Position numbers and translations under genes: made by a program. 64,000 nucleotides of DNA from Candidatus Yanofskybacteria bacterium. Lineage in GTDB: Bacteria > Patescibacteriota > Minisyncoccia > 2-02-FULL-40-12 > IGHO2-12-FULL-4. The notes under the pieces were generated by a model. It had not been told where the DNA came from. It saw only the letters and a program-made list of their open reading frames with translations, and did no database searches. Shown here piece by piece: positions 18,226-27,132 of the stretch. How positions within the stretch are numbered: the first letter of the stretch is position 1; every line of letters begins with the position of its first letter. Location: contig JACPNK010000002.1 of NCBI GenBank assembly GCA_016185525.1, forward strand, positions 11,616-75,615, read 5' to 3'.

Positions 18226-19212
18226 ATGCGGCAAAAAGTCACCATTCTAACAATCTTGGTCGGAGGGTTAGTTTTTTTGAGTCTTTTTATTGTCTATGGC
18301 GATATTAAAAACAGATCCGAGCTTTCTAAAAGTCGGTTTCAAAATTTTGGCCCGGCCTTAATAAACGCTTCTCTGGCTAATGAAAATTTTAACTCCCAAA
18401 CAGGATATATTCTGCCGGTTTCCGAACCGACTTATTTTCCCATAAGAAAGCCTGATGTTGCTGAACCTTTGCTAAAAGCAAAATCTTTTTTGTTGTATGA
18501 TGTCAAAAACGCTAAAGTTCTTTTTTCTAAAGATTCTCAAAAAGCACTGTCTATTGCTTCTTTGACCAAACTGCTTACGGCAATTGTTTCATTGGAAAAT
18601 CTTTCCCCGGAGACAATTATAGAGATTGGACCGGAGTCTATGAATGTTGACCAAGAAGGAGCAGATTTTTATTTAAAAGAAAAGTTTTATTTTCAGGATT
18701 TATTCAAGGCTATGCTGGTAAAATCTTCCAATGATGCGGCTTCAGCCATAGCTCGGACTGTGGAAACGAAAACCGGCACAAGTTTCGTTGACTTGATGAA
18801 CAAAAAGGCTTTGCAAATCGGTATGAACAATTCCAGATTTCTTGATCCGTCCGGTCTGAATGATTCGGCATATTCAACAGCCGAAGACCTGTTAAAGTTG
18901 GCAAGGAACGCCAGAAGGTTTAAGGAAATTAGAGAATCTTTGGCGGAACAGACGGTAGACGTTTTTTCAACTGACAAGAAATTAAAACATCGTTTTGTCA
19001 GCACCAATAAGCTGTTCGGAGTTTTACCTGACATGGTTGGGGCTAAAACCGGCTATACAGACGGGGCTCTAGGCTGTATCATACTGGAAGAGGCTTTGTT
19101 ATCAAGCGAGACCTCTCTTATTGCAATTGTTCTGGGGTCAACAGAAAGATTTGAGGACGCCGAGAAATTAGTAAATTGGGGCAAGTCGGCTTTTAGGTGG
19201 GAAGTTAATTGA
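18226..19212 (+). CDS. D-alanyl-D-alanine carboxypeptidase (S11, PBP5-like)
   Basis: SLTKLLT (SxxK), SSND (SxN) and KTGYT (KTG). Confidence 0.7.
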   Translation: MRQKVTILTILVGGLVFLSLFIVYGDIKNRSELSKSRFQNFGPALINASLANENFNSQTGYILPVSEPTYFPIRKPDVAEPLLKAKSFLLYDVKNAKVLFSKDSQKALSIASLTKLLTAIVSLENLSPETIIEIGPESMNVDQEGADFYLKEKFYFQDLFKAMLVKSSNDAASAIARTVETKTGTSFVDLMNKKALQIGMNNSRFLDPSGLNDSAYSTAEDLLKLARNARRFKEIRESLAEQTVDVFSTDKKLKHRFVSTNKLFGVLPDMVGAKTGYTDGALGCIILEEALLSSETSLIAIVLGSTERFEDAEKLVNWGKSAFRWEVN

Positions 19213-19219
19213 TTATTTT

Positions 19220-20299
19220 ATGTACGAAGGCGCTTTTACGGTCTTCAATGTAGTCAAGATTTTTGCGGTATCCACAGTTTCTTTTTTTGTGGCTATTTTA
19301 ATTACTCCGATTTGGAGCAAAATATTGTTGAAGTACTTTCGCCCTGGCAAGGAAATAGAGCGTGGCAAAAATACCTTTTGGGGCGAAACGCCCATTTTTA
19401 ACTCTCTTCACAAAAAGAAAGAGGGAACGCCGACCATGGGAGGACTGATAATTTGGTTTACGGTTGCTGTTTTGACTGTCTTATTTTGGTATTTTTCAAA
19501 TGTTTTTGACGGGTTCTGGTCCAAAATAAATTTTCTCTCGCGCAGTCAGACCCTTTTGCCTTTGGGTTTTTTGATTTTGGCCGGCTTAATTGGAATTGTG
19601 GACGATATCTTTGGCGTAAAGCGTCGAAAGGGACTGACTCTTGGAAAACGCTTGATCCTTTTTACTTTGTTGGCCATTTTCGGCGCTTGGTGGTTTTATC
19701 ATAAATTAGGCTGGAACTTTATAAATGTACCTTTTTTGGGAGATTTTACGGTTGGTTTGTGGTATGTCCCTATTTTTATTTTGGTTATTGTGGCTACGGC
19801 TTTTTCCGCTGACATAACTGACGGTTTGGATGGTTTAAGCGGCGGGATATTTTTACTTTCTTTCAGCGCTTTGGGGGCTATCGCTTTTGTTCAGGGCCGT
19901 ACAGACTTGGTTGTTTTTATAGCGGCTATTGTCGGAGCTTTAGTGGCTTTTTTGTGGTTTAACATTTATCCGGCCAGATTTTTTATGGGCGATACCGGTG
20001 TTATGGCTTTGGGTTTTGTTTTGGGCGTTGTTGCTATGCTTACCAACACATTTCTTCTTCTCCCGATTATCTGCGTGGTTTTTGTTCTGGAATCCTTATC
20101 GGTGATTTTGCAGACGGCTTCTAAAAAGATTCGCAAAAAAAAGATTTTCTTATCTACTCCAATCCATCATCATTTTGAAGCTCTTGGCTGGCCGGAAACC
20201 CAAGTTACCATGCGTTTTTGGATGATCTCGGCAATCGGCGCAATATTGGGAATTATAATTTTCTTGGTTGACTCTAAAATACCGCCGTTATTCAAATGA
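19220..20299 (+). CDS. mraY: phospho-N-acetylmuramoyl-pentapeptide transferase
   Basis: Polytopic membrane protein with IGIVDDIFGV and other MraY signature blocks. Confidence 0.85.
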   Translation: MYEGAFTVFNVVKIFAVSTVSFFVAILITPIWSKILLKYFRPGKEIERGKNTFWGETPIFNSLHKKKEGTPTMGGLIIWFTVAVLTVLFWYFSNVFDGFWSKINFLSRSQTLLPLGFLILAGLIGIVDDIFGVKRRKGLTLGKRLILFTLLAIFGAWWFYHKLGWNFINVPFLGDFTVGLWYVPIFILVIVATAFSADITDGLDGLSGGIFLLSFSALGAIAFVQGRTDLVVFIAAIVGALVAFLWFNIYPARFFMGDTGVMALGFVLGVVAMLTNTFLLLPIICVVFVLESLSVILQTASKKIRKKKIFLSTPIHHHFEALGWPETQVTMRFWMISAIGAILGIIIFLVDSKIPPLFK

Positions 20300-21381
20300 C
20301 CCAATTGGGGAGGAATATTATTATTTTAACCTTGCTTCTGATTGTTTTTGGCTTGGTCACGCTTTCCTCTGCCGGTATCATTGACGGCCAAAAGAAATTT
20401 GGTTCAGAATACTATTATTTCAACCACCAAATACTAAACGGCATATTGCCCGGTCTTTTGCTTTTTTTTATATTTTCTAAAGTCAAATACAAATTTTGGA
20501 AAAAAATCTCTTTGCCGCTTTTAATTTTCAGTCTTGCGCTTTTGTTGGCTGTGTTTGTTACGCGTTTTGGTTTTTCGGCTAAAGGCGCAACTCGCTGGCT
20601 TAACTTCGGTTTGATAAGTTTTCAGCCTTCAGAAATTTTAAAGTTAAGCCTCATTATTTACTTTGCGGCTTGGTTTAGCGGCAGAAGCGAAAAAATCAAA
20701 AGCTGGTCTTACTCGATAGTGCCTTTCTTTGTGGTTTTGGGTTTTGTCGGACTTCTTCTGGCTCTACAGCCGGATGTTGGAACTTTGGGCATAGTCGCTC
20801 TGATAGCCTTATCATTATATTTTTTCGCCGGCGCCAAGACATCTCACTTTGGGGGGTTGATTCTTGTTTTAGCCGTTGCTTTTTTTGTTTTGGTTCAGCT
20901 CGCGCCTTACAGATTTGACAGGTTTCTGACATTTTTTAATCCGGCCTCTGATCCCCAAGGCATTTCCTACCATATAAATCAGTCTCTTATCGCTGTGGGA
21001 AGGGGCGGTTTGTGGGGAGTCGGTTTTGGCCAAAGCCAGCAAAAACTTGGTTTTTTGCCGGAACCGGTCGGTGATTCTATTTTTGCTGTTATGGCAGAAG
21101 AATTGGGCTTGGTAGGCGCCGCTTCTCTCATCACTCTCTTCTTTCTGCTTTCCTTACAGCTGGTTAAAATTACACAAAATAGCACAGACCGTTTTGGCGG
21201 ACTTTTTGCTTTAGGAATGACTGTTTGGGTGGCGAGCCAGTCCTTGATTAATATCGGGGCAATAACCGGTTTACTGCCCTTAACCGGAATTCCTTTACCG
21301 TTTGTCAGTTATGGCGGGACTTCTATTGCCACTCTTTTAGCCGGTCTTGGTATCGCCGTGAATATTGCTAAGACGACTTAA
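20296..21381 (+). CDS. ftsW: SEDS-family peptidoglycan polymerase (FtsW/RodA)
   Basis: 10-TM SEDS pattern with a conserved C-terminal block. It overlaps mraY by 4 nt. Confidence 0.8.
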   Translation: MTQLGRNIIILTLLLIVFGLVTLSSAGIIDGQKKFGSEYYYFNHQILNGILPGLLLFFIFSKVKYKFWKKISLPLLIFSLALLLAVFVTRFGFSAKGATRWLNFGLISFQPSEILKLSLIIYFAAWFSGRSEKIKSWSYSIVPFFVVLGFVGLLLALQPDVGTLGIVALIALSLYFFAGAKTSHFGGLILVLAVAFFVLVQLAPYRFDRFLTFFNPASDPQGISYHINQSLIAVGRGGLWGVGFGQSQQKLGFLPEPVGDSIFAVMAEELGLVGAASLITLFFLLSLQLVKITQNSTDRFGGLFALGMTVWVASQSLINIGAITGLLPLTGIPLPFVSYGGTSIATLLAGLGIAVNIAKTT

Positions 21382-21382
21382 A

Positions 21383-21420
21383 ACAAGGCTTTAAGCCTTG
21401 TTTTGTTTTTTGTTCAGAGA
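21383..21420. terminator. bidirectional intrinsic terminator between ftsW and rpsT
   Basis: caaggc-ttta-gccttg hairpin flanked by T-runs. Confidence 0.6.
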
Positions 21421-21663
21421 TTGCGCCAGTCTTGATTTGTATCGACTGGCGGTGTTTTTTTTGATAACGCCTTTTTTAGCGGCTTTGTCTACGGCTTGAT
21501 ATACCACGGGCAGGAAAGTTTTTGCTTTTTCCAGATTGCCGGCAGACACTTCTTTGCGAAAGTCTTTTACGGCAGATTTAAAACCCCTTTTAAATTTTAG
21601 GTTTTCCAGATGGCGTTTTTTAGATTGTCTCAAGGCCTTCTTGGCCGATTGAGTTATGGGCAT
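21391..21663 (-). CDS. rpsT: 30S ribosomal protein S20
   Basis: MPITQSAKKALRQSKKRHLENLKFKRGFKSAVK. Confidence 0.85.
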   Translation of the reverse strand: MPITQSAKKALRQSKKRHLENLKFKRGFKSAVKDFRKEVSAGNLEKAKTFLPVVYQAVDKAAKKGVIKKNTASRYKSRLAQSLNKKQNKA

Positions 21664-21731
21664 TGTTTTGCAATAATAACACGGCGTTTAATTTTTGCAA
21701 GTATTAAAAACCGGCTTTTGTGCCGGCGGTT

Positions 21732-22316
21732 TTAGTCATGCCAACGGGATGAGGCGACTCTGTACAGGTTATTAACTAGTTTCTCAAAAGTGGTGCCTGG
21801 AGCGTACTCAAACTCAATATTGTAGTTGCATTCCGGACAATACAGCTTTATCCAGTCAGCTTTGCCTGTGGGTCGAAACCTCATTATTTGCTTCTTGCCT
21901 TGAGAGGTTCTGCAGTGCCAAGCTCTAAAGCCTTTTGGGCCTCCGGGCTCTAGGGTTATGTGTCCGTCTCTAAAGTGAACTCCTGCTACAGAATTAGATC
22001 CCGGCTGGATATTTTCCTCAACAAGATTATCAATTTGTTCGTTAATTAGTTTCTCTATATCAACATAAAATTTATCAAAATCTTTTTGTGGCAGGTCTCT
22101 TACTTCAAGTCTAAAGCCACAGTTTTTACAGAAAAGGACGGAAATGTTTTGGTTGGGTCTTGAAAATGACATTACAGAATATGACGAAAACGGATCGGAG
22201 TTACAGAAATGACGGCCTACTAGTCTGTCACCATCAAGCACTTCTATGTCTAGCATACCCAGTGGGGTTGTTCGTAAAGTATGTGCCAAAATATTTGCTT
22301 GCTTAGGCATTGTCAT
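21732..22316 (-). CDS. hypothetical protein with two CxxC zinc-ribbon-like pairs
   Basis: FCKNCGF and YCPECNY. No family recognised. Confidence 0.4.
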   Translation of the reverse strand: MTMPKQANILAHTLRTTPLGMLDIEVLDGDRLVGRHFCNSDPFSSYSVMSFSRPNQNISVLFCKNCGFRLEVRDLPQKDFDKFYVDIEKLINEQIDNLVEENIQPGSNSVAGVHFRDGHITLEPGGPKGFRAWHCRTSQGKKQIMRFRPTGKADWIKLYCPECNYNIEFEYAPGTTFEKLVNNLYRVASSRWHD

Positions 22317-22354
22317 CCTCTAATAATTCAAAGAACTTGTTAAGTGTGAGACTA

Positions 22355-23086
22355 TCATTTTTTGCTAAGACTGTCCAATCTTACTGATTTTCTAATGTTG
22401 TATCTGCCAATTCCGGTTCTGATAAGTTTTTCCAGATATCCGCCGGTCTTTAAGACTTTGCCTAAGTCATGGGCAAGTGAGCGAATGTATGTGCCGGAGG
22501 AAACTTTAGTTTCAATCTCTAAATAGGGCCACTTATATTTTAAAATTTTGATTGAGTAAATTTTTACTTTTCTTGGTTTTAATTCGGGTGTAATTCCGCG
22601 GCGGGCAAGTTCGTAGGCTTTCCTGCCTTTAATCTTGACGGCGGAAAACAAGGGGGGAGTTTGTATAATTTCTCCTGTAAATTTTTTCAAAACTTCTCTG
22701 ACTTTAGGCAAATCAGCTATACCACCTACCTTCGACCCTCGACTTGTCGCTCGGGAATTTTCAGGTAGGTGTATAGCTGATTTGCCACCAGAAATCCCTT
22801 GAGATTCTATTTGTTTTATGTGTCCGGTTAAATCTCCGGTGTCAGATTCCGCTCCGAGTTTAATTGTTGCTTTATAAGTTTTGTCCATCTTCAAAAATTG
22901 TCCCAATTTCTTAGTGTATTCCCGTCCTACGGCCACAATCAAAACCCCCTCGGCAAAAGGATCAAGCGTGCCAGCATGGCCGACTCTTTGTTCTCCGCTT
23001 AACTTTCTAATCTGATTAACGATGTCATGCGAAGTCGGCCCAGCCGGTTTGTATATGTTGTAGATACCGCATTTTAACTTTTTCAT
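22355..23086 (-). CDS. truB: tRNA pseudouridine(55) synthase
   Basis: GHAGTLDP catalytic motif. The track's N-terminal extension MPLATFTAL... is encoded by repeat A1, so the start is placed at the MKKLKCG methionine. Confidence 0.75.
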   Translation of the reverse strand: MKKLKCGIYNIYKPAGPTSHDIVNQIRKLSGEQRVGHAGTLDPFAEGVLIVAVGREYTKKLGQFLKMDKTYKATIKLGAESDTGDLTGHIKQIESQGISGGKSAIHLPENSRATSRGSKVGGIADLPKVREVLKKFTGEIIQTPPLFSAVKIKGRKAYELARRGITPELKPRKVKIYSIKILKYKWPYLEIETKVSSGTYIRSLAHDLGKVLKTGGYLEKLIRTGIGRYNIRKSVRLDSLSKK

Positions 23087-23101
23087 TGACACAAAAAACG
23101 T

Positions 23102-23260
23102 AGTCATTATGCCTCTGAGGGCAGTAAAAGTTGCGAGGGGCACGGTTTGTCAACGACCAGGCACTTTCGCAGAAAGTGCCTGGCTCTTGACAAGACGAGC
23201 AACTTTTTCTGATGACAAAACCTCGCTGGGGTTTTGGAAGTCCCGAAGAGGTATAATGAC
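23102..23260 (+). repeat. structured repeat family A, copy 1
   Basis: Aligns with the copies at 41492-41669 and 53719-53884. It has a conserved aaagttgcgag...gtttgtcaacgacc / ctcttgacaag.cgagcaacttt core and covarying stems. Orientation is given relative to the other copies. Confidence 0.6.
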
Positions 23261-23266
23261 GAAGTT

Positions 23267-25261
23267 TTAAAACAGTTTCTTCAGCTCTTTCATCTGCTCC
23301 CTAATCACCATTGCTTTTTCAAATTCCAGATTTTTAATTGCTTTGCTAATCTCTTTTTGTAGTTCTGCCAATTTGTTTTTATTTGAAACTGAATCTGAAG
23401 ATTTTGACAAGTCGTATCCAGCATAAACCATTTTAGGTGTTGCTGAAGCGGGCAAGTCGCTTTTTGTAATGTTTTTGTAAATTGTGGTCGGGGTGATCTT
23501 GTTTTTAAAATTATATTTTTCCTGTATTTTCCGGCGGCGAAACGTCTCTTTAGTTGCGGCTTCCATGGATTTGGTTTTTTTATCAGCATACATCAAAATA
23601 TGACCGTCAACGTTTCTGGCCGCTCTCCCCATAGTTTGAATTAAGGTGGTGGCGTTGCGCAGAAATCCTTCTTTGTCTGCGTCTAAAATCGCTATCAAGG
23701 AAACTTCGGGCAAATCCAGACCCTCTCTTAGCAAATTAACACCGACAATGACGTCATAGTTGCCCAAACGCAGGTCGTGTATAATTTCTAACCGTTTTAA
23801 GGTTTTAATTTCAGAGTGTATATAGTTAACTTTAATTTTTTCGTCAGCCAAATATTCCGCTAAATCTTCCGCCATTCTTTTGGTTAAGGTGGTGACTAAG
23901 ACCCTTTGTTTTTTGGCTACCCTTTTTCTTATTTCTGAAACGAGATGCGGTATCTGGCCTTCGGTCGGGAAGACCTCAATCGTCGGATCAAGCAGACCGG
24001 TGGGTCTGACCAACTGTTCGGCCAGACCCTTCTTGCCCGATTTTTTTAGCTCAAAAGTCTTTGGGGTCGCGGAAACATAAATTACCTGATTTATTCTTTC
24101 AGAGAATTCGTCAAATCTTAGAGGCCTGTTGTCAATTGCTGAAGGCAGTCTGAAGCCGTGTTCTATAAGCGTTGATTTTCTGGAATGGTCGCCATGAAAC
24201 ATGCCTCTGACTTGAGGAATGGTAATATGCGACTCGTCAATTATGGTCAAAAAATCTTTTTTTGTTTTGAAAAAATCAAGCATCGTGTAAGGCGGGTCTC
24301 CGGGATTTCTGAAATCAAGGTGGCAAGAGTAATTTTCAATGCCGTGGCAGTAGCCGGTCTGCTTAATCATTTCCAAGTCCAGTTCCGTGCGCTCTTTGAG
24401 ACGCCAGGCTTCTTCGCTTCGGCCGTCTTTTTTCAGTTTTTTAATATGTTTATCCAATTCCGTCTTAATGTTGCTTAAAGCTATAGAGAGTTTGTTTTGG
24501 GGAGCAATCCAGTATTTTGCCGGGAAGATCTTTGTTTCAACAACTCTGTGATATTTCAGATCGCCAAAGTCCAAAGCTTCTAGGTCAATATTTTCGGCCA
24601 CGCCCATTCTTTTTATCTTATTATTCAAAATTTTTATTTTTATAACACGATCTCCGGTGGCCGGTACAATTTCAAATTCTTCACTGGTTTTTCTGAACTT
24701 TCCTCTTTTAAGTTCTATGTCCTGGGCATACTGAAGACGGATTAAATTTTTGTGCAGTTCTGCGCCGGTCATTTTTTGGCCTTCAGAAACTTCCAAACTC
24801 ATTTTTTTGTATTCTTCCGGCGAGCCCAGGTTGTAGATGCAAGAAACGGAAGCGACGACGATAACATCATCTCTGGTCAGCAAAGCTTGGGTCGCGGCGT
24901 GGCGGAGCTTGTCAATTTCTTCATTGATGCGGGAGTCTTTTTCTATATAGGTTTTGGTGTGGGGTATGTAAGCCTCCGGCTGATAATAGTCGTAGTAACT
25001 TACAAAATAGTGAACTGAATTTTGAGGAAAGAATTCTTTAAATTCTTGGTAAAGCTGGGCGGCCAAGGTTTTATTGGGAGAAATAACAAGAGTCGGTTTT
25101 TTGATTTCGGCAATGACGTTGGCAATGGTAAAAGTTTTGCCCGAGCCGGTTACGCCCAAAAGTGTCTGGTGTTTTAAACCGGATTTTAACCCAGCCACAA
25201 GCTTCTCAACTGCTTGAGGCTGGTCGCCGGTCGGTTTAAATTTTGATGTTAATTTGAACAT
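23267..25261 (-). CDS. uvrB: excinuclease ABC subunit B
   Basis: Helicase motifs, a UvrB interaction domain and a C-terminal UVR coiled coil. The start is trimmed to MFKLTSKFKPTGDQP because the 23 codons upstream are repeat-derived. Confidence 0.9.
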   Translation of the reverse strand: MFKLTSKFKPTGDQPQAVEKLVAGLKSGLKHQTLLGVTGSGKTFTIANVIAEIKKPTLVISPNKTLAAQLYQEFKEFFPQNSVHYFVSYYDYYQPEAYIPHTKTYIEKDSRINEEIDKLRHAATQALLTRDDVIVVASVSCIYNLGSPEEYKKMSLEVSEGQKMTGAELHKNLIRLQYAQDIELKRGKFRKTSEEFEIVPATGDRVIKIKILNNKIKRMGVAENIDLEALDFGDLKYHRVVETKIFPAKYWIAPQNKLSIALSNIKTELDKHIKKLKKDGRSEEAWRLKERTELDLEMIKQTGYCHGIENYSCHLDFRNPGDPPYTMLDFFKTKKDFLTIIDESHITIPQVRGMFHGDHSRKSTLIEHGFRLPSAIDNRPLRFDEFSERINQVIYVSATPKTFELKKSGKKGLAEQLVRPTGLLDPTIEVFPTEGQIPHLVSEIRKRVAKKQRVLVTTLTKRMAEDLAEYLADEKIKVNYIHSEIKTLKRLEIIHDLRLGNYDVIVGVNLLREGLDLPEVSLIAILDADKEGFLRNATTLIQTMGRAARNVDGHILMYADKKTKSMEAATKETFRRRKIQEKYNFKNKITPTTIYKNITKSDLPASATPKMVYAGYDLSKSSDSVSNKNKLAELQKEISKAIKNLEFEKAMVIREQMKELKKLF

Positions 25262-25270
25262 GGCAAAAGT

Positions 25271-25432
25271 AAGCTTCGCAGATACAGCCTTTTCGGTACT
25301 TTCGCTGATTCCAGCGATCAGCTCACTCACTGTTCGCTCGGGTTGTGGAAGGAGTCGAAGAAATATTATACTCCTTCCAACCTAGCCAACCGCGAGCTCA
25401 CAGTGACCTCAAAGGCTGTATCTGCTACGCTC
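25271..25432 (+). repeat. structured repeat family B, copy 1
   Basis: Terminal dyad cgcagatacagcctttt / aaaggctgtatctgc. Three internal hairpins covary with the copies at 55001 and 31454. Confidence 0.6.
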
Positions 25433-25454
25433 TCTAGTCACACTAACAAGAAAC

Positions 25455-25479
25455 GAGCGTCCGGAAAAAGCAATATTTG
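25455..25479 (+). repeat. solo 25-nt fragment matching the end of the MITE-like element at 14481-14718
   Basis: gagcgtccggaaaaagcaatatttg is the reverse complement of 14488-14512. Confidence 0.5.
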
Positions 25480-25529
25480 CCAGACTAACCGCATCTCTAC
25501 TTTAAAAAAGTATTATTTTATGAAACAAT

Positions 25530-26129
25530 ATGAGGGTGATCTCGTTTATCAGCGGCACAATTGAGGCTGTTTCTGACCGATCGGTTATAGTAAACACCGG
25601 CGGACTGGGCTATAGGGTCATATTGCCAGAAAGAGTTCATGGTATTTTATCAAAAGTAGGCTCACAAGTCAAGCTTTTTGTGTACACTAATTTTAACTCG
25701 CGAGAAGGGATTTTTGATTTCTACGGCTTTGAAAAGCCGGAGGAATTGGCTTTTTTTCAATTGCTCTTGACTGTTTCCGGCGTCGGGCCGAAGTCGGCGC
25801 AGGGGTTGCTTTCCTCGGTTGACTTGCAGACTTTGCAGTTGGCTATTATCAAGGGCGATGACAATTACTTGAGAAAGTTGTCGGGTGTCGGCTCTAAAAC
25901 CAGTCAGCGCATAATTTTGGAATTGAAAAATAAATTATTAGAAAAAGGTCTTGGCGTGGGCCAAGACCGTGATTTTGCTTCTGAAGGCGAGGCAATAGAC
26001 GCTTTAGTTGCTCTTGGGTACTCCGCTTATCAGGGCAGAGAAGCGCTAAAAGAGGTCTCGGCAGATGCCAAGACCTCGGAAGATAAAATCAAAGAAGCAT
26101 TAAAAATTTTAGGCAAGAGTAAAAAGTAA
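25530..26129 (+). CDS. ruvA: Holliday junction branch migration complex subunit RuvA
   Basis: OB-fold N-terminus, tandem HhH (LLTVSGVGPKSAQ / LSGVGSKTSQRI) and a C-terminal RuvB-binding domain. Confidence 0.8.
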   Translation: MRVISFISGTIEAVSDRSVIVNTGGLGYRVILPERVHGILSKVGSQVKLFVYTNFNSREGIFDFYGFEKPEELAFFQLLLTVSGVGPKSAQGLLSSVDLQTLQLAIIKGDDNYLRKLSGVGSKTSQRIILELKNKLLEKGLGVGQDRDFASEGEAIDALVALGYSAYQGREALKEVSADAKTSEDKIKEALKILGKSKK

Positions 26130-27067
26130 TGAGCTTTTTGCAATCAAAAGACTGGTTGGAATTTCAAAAATTTTTAGGGAGGTCTGTTTTTGAATATGAC
26201 AAAGAGGGAATTAAAGCGGGAATCATAAAATTGCCCGAGCCTTTTAAGAAAAGCTATCTTTATATTGCTCACGGTCCGGAGATGGATTTTAATTCAATGG
26301 CGGGGGGGTTAAAAAATCCGGTTAGTAATTTTACAGCTTGGCTTAAAGATTTGGCTGAAAAAGAAAAATCAATTTTTATTAAGGCCGAACCTCTGGCCGA
26401 CAATATCGCCCAAGTTCTTGCTGAACATAAATTCAAAAAATCTAAAAAAGAAATACAGCCACCCAAAACAGTTATTTTGGATTTGTCCAAAAGCGAAGAC
26501 GACCTGCTTAACGCGATGCATCACAAAACCAGATATAACGTTAAAGTTGCGGAAAAAAACGGGATTGTTGTCAAAGAAAGCGATGACCTTGAGTCATTCT
26601 GGAAGTTGATAAAAAAAACTTCAAAAAGAGACAAATTTTCTTCTCACTCCAAGGACTATTACGAAAAACTTCTTAAATTTTTTAACGACGGCAAGGAGAT
26701 CACATCAGGGTTGAACCTCGCTTATTATAAAGATCAGCCAGTTGCCGGACTTATTTTAATGACTCACAAAGATACTGCTTACTATTTGCACGGGGCTTCG
26801 GACTATGATTACCGTCAGTACATGGCTCCATACAAACTACACTGGGAAGTGATTAAAAAGTTACAATGGGCATCTTTGCAGAAGTCTGCAAAGATGCCCA
26901 TTGTAGGATACGATCTTTGGGGGATTGATTCCAAGAAATGGCCGGGGGTAACTCGTTTCAAATTTGGCTGGGGCGGCAAAGTTGTTGAATATCCCGGCTC
27001 TTTTGACTTGCCGATTTCTAAATTTTGGTTTTTGGCTTATAAAGTAGCGAGAAGATTAGAACCTTGA
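26129..27067 (+). CDS. FemAB-family peptidoglycan aminoacyltransferase-like protein
   Basis: The block KLHWEVIKKLQWASLQKSAKMPIVGYDLWGI resembles a FemAB/GNAT-fold C-domain. Confidence 0.45.
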   Translation: MSFLQSKDWLEFQKFLGRSVFEYDKEGIKAGIIKLPEPFKKSYLYIAHGPEMDFNSMAGGLKNPVSNFTAWLKDLAEKEKSIFIKAEPLADNIAQVLAEHKFKKSKKEIQPPKTVILDLSKSEDDLLNAMHHKTRYNVKVAEKNGIVVKESDDLESFWKLIKKTSKRDKFSSHSKDYYEKLLKFFNDGKEITSGLNLAYYKDQPVAGLILMTHKDTAYYLHGASDYDYRQYMAPYKLHWEVIKKLQWASLQKSAKMPIVGYDLWGIDSKKWPGVTRFKFGWGGKVVEYPGSFDLPISKFWFLAYKVARRLEP

Positions 27068-27132
27068 CATTTTGTTTATTTTAGATTAGGATTGTTTAAG
27101 TTGTTTTAAATTTTGTAAGTTGAGGAGAAAAT

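Noticed and set aside
23201-23260. Possible hammerhead ribozyme in repeat family A (CUGAUGA ... stem ... GAAG)
   Set aside because: Copies 1 and 2 contain CTGATGA followed by a covarying stem and GAAG. However, copy 3 reads CGATGA (the conserved U4 is missing) and the position equivalent to A15.1 is G in all copies. The core therefore does not satisfy hammerhead requirements. It is kept only as a structured motif.
23102-23260. Integron attC-like sites (structure conserved, sequence variable)
   Set aside because: No intI integrase or attI is in the window and the core does not match GTTRRRY/RYYYAAC. The copies are dispersed among housekeeping genes rather than in a cassette array.
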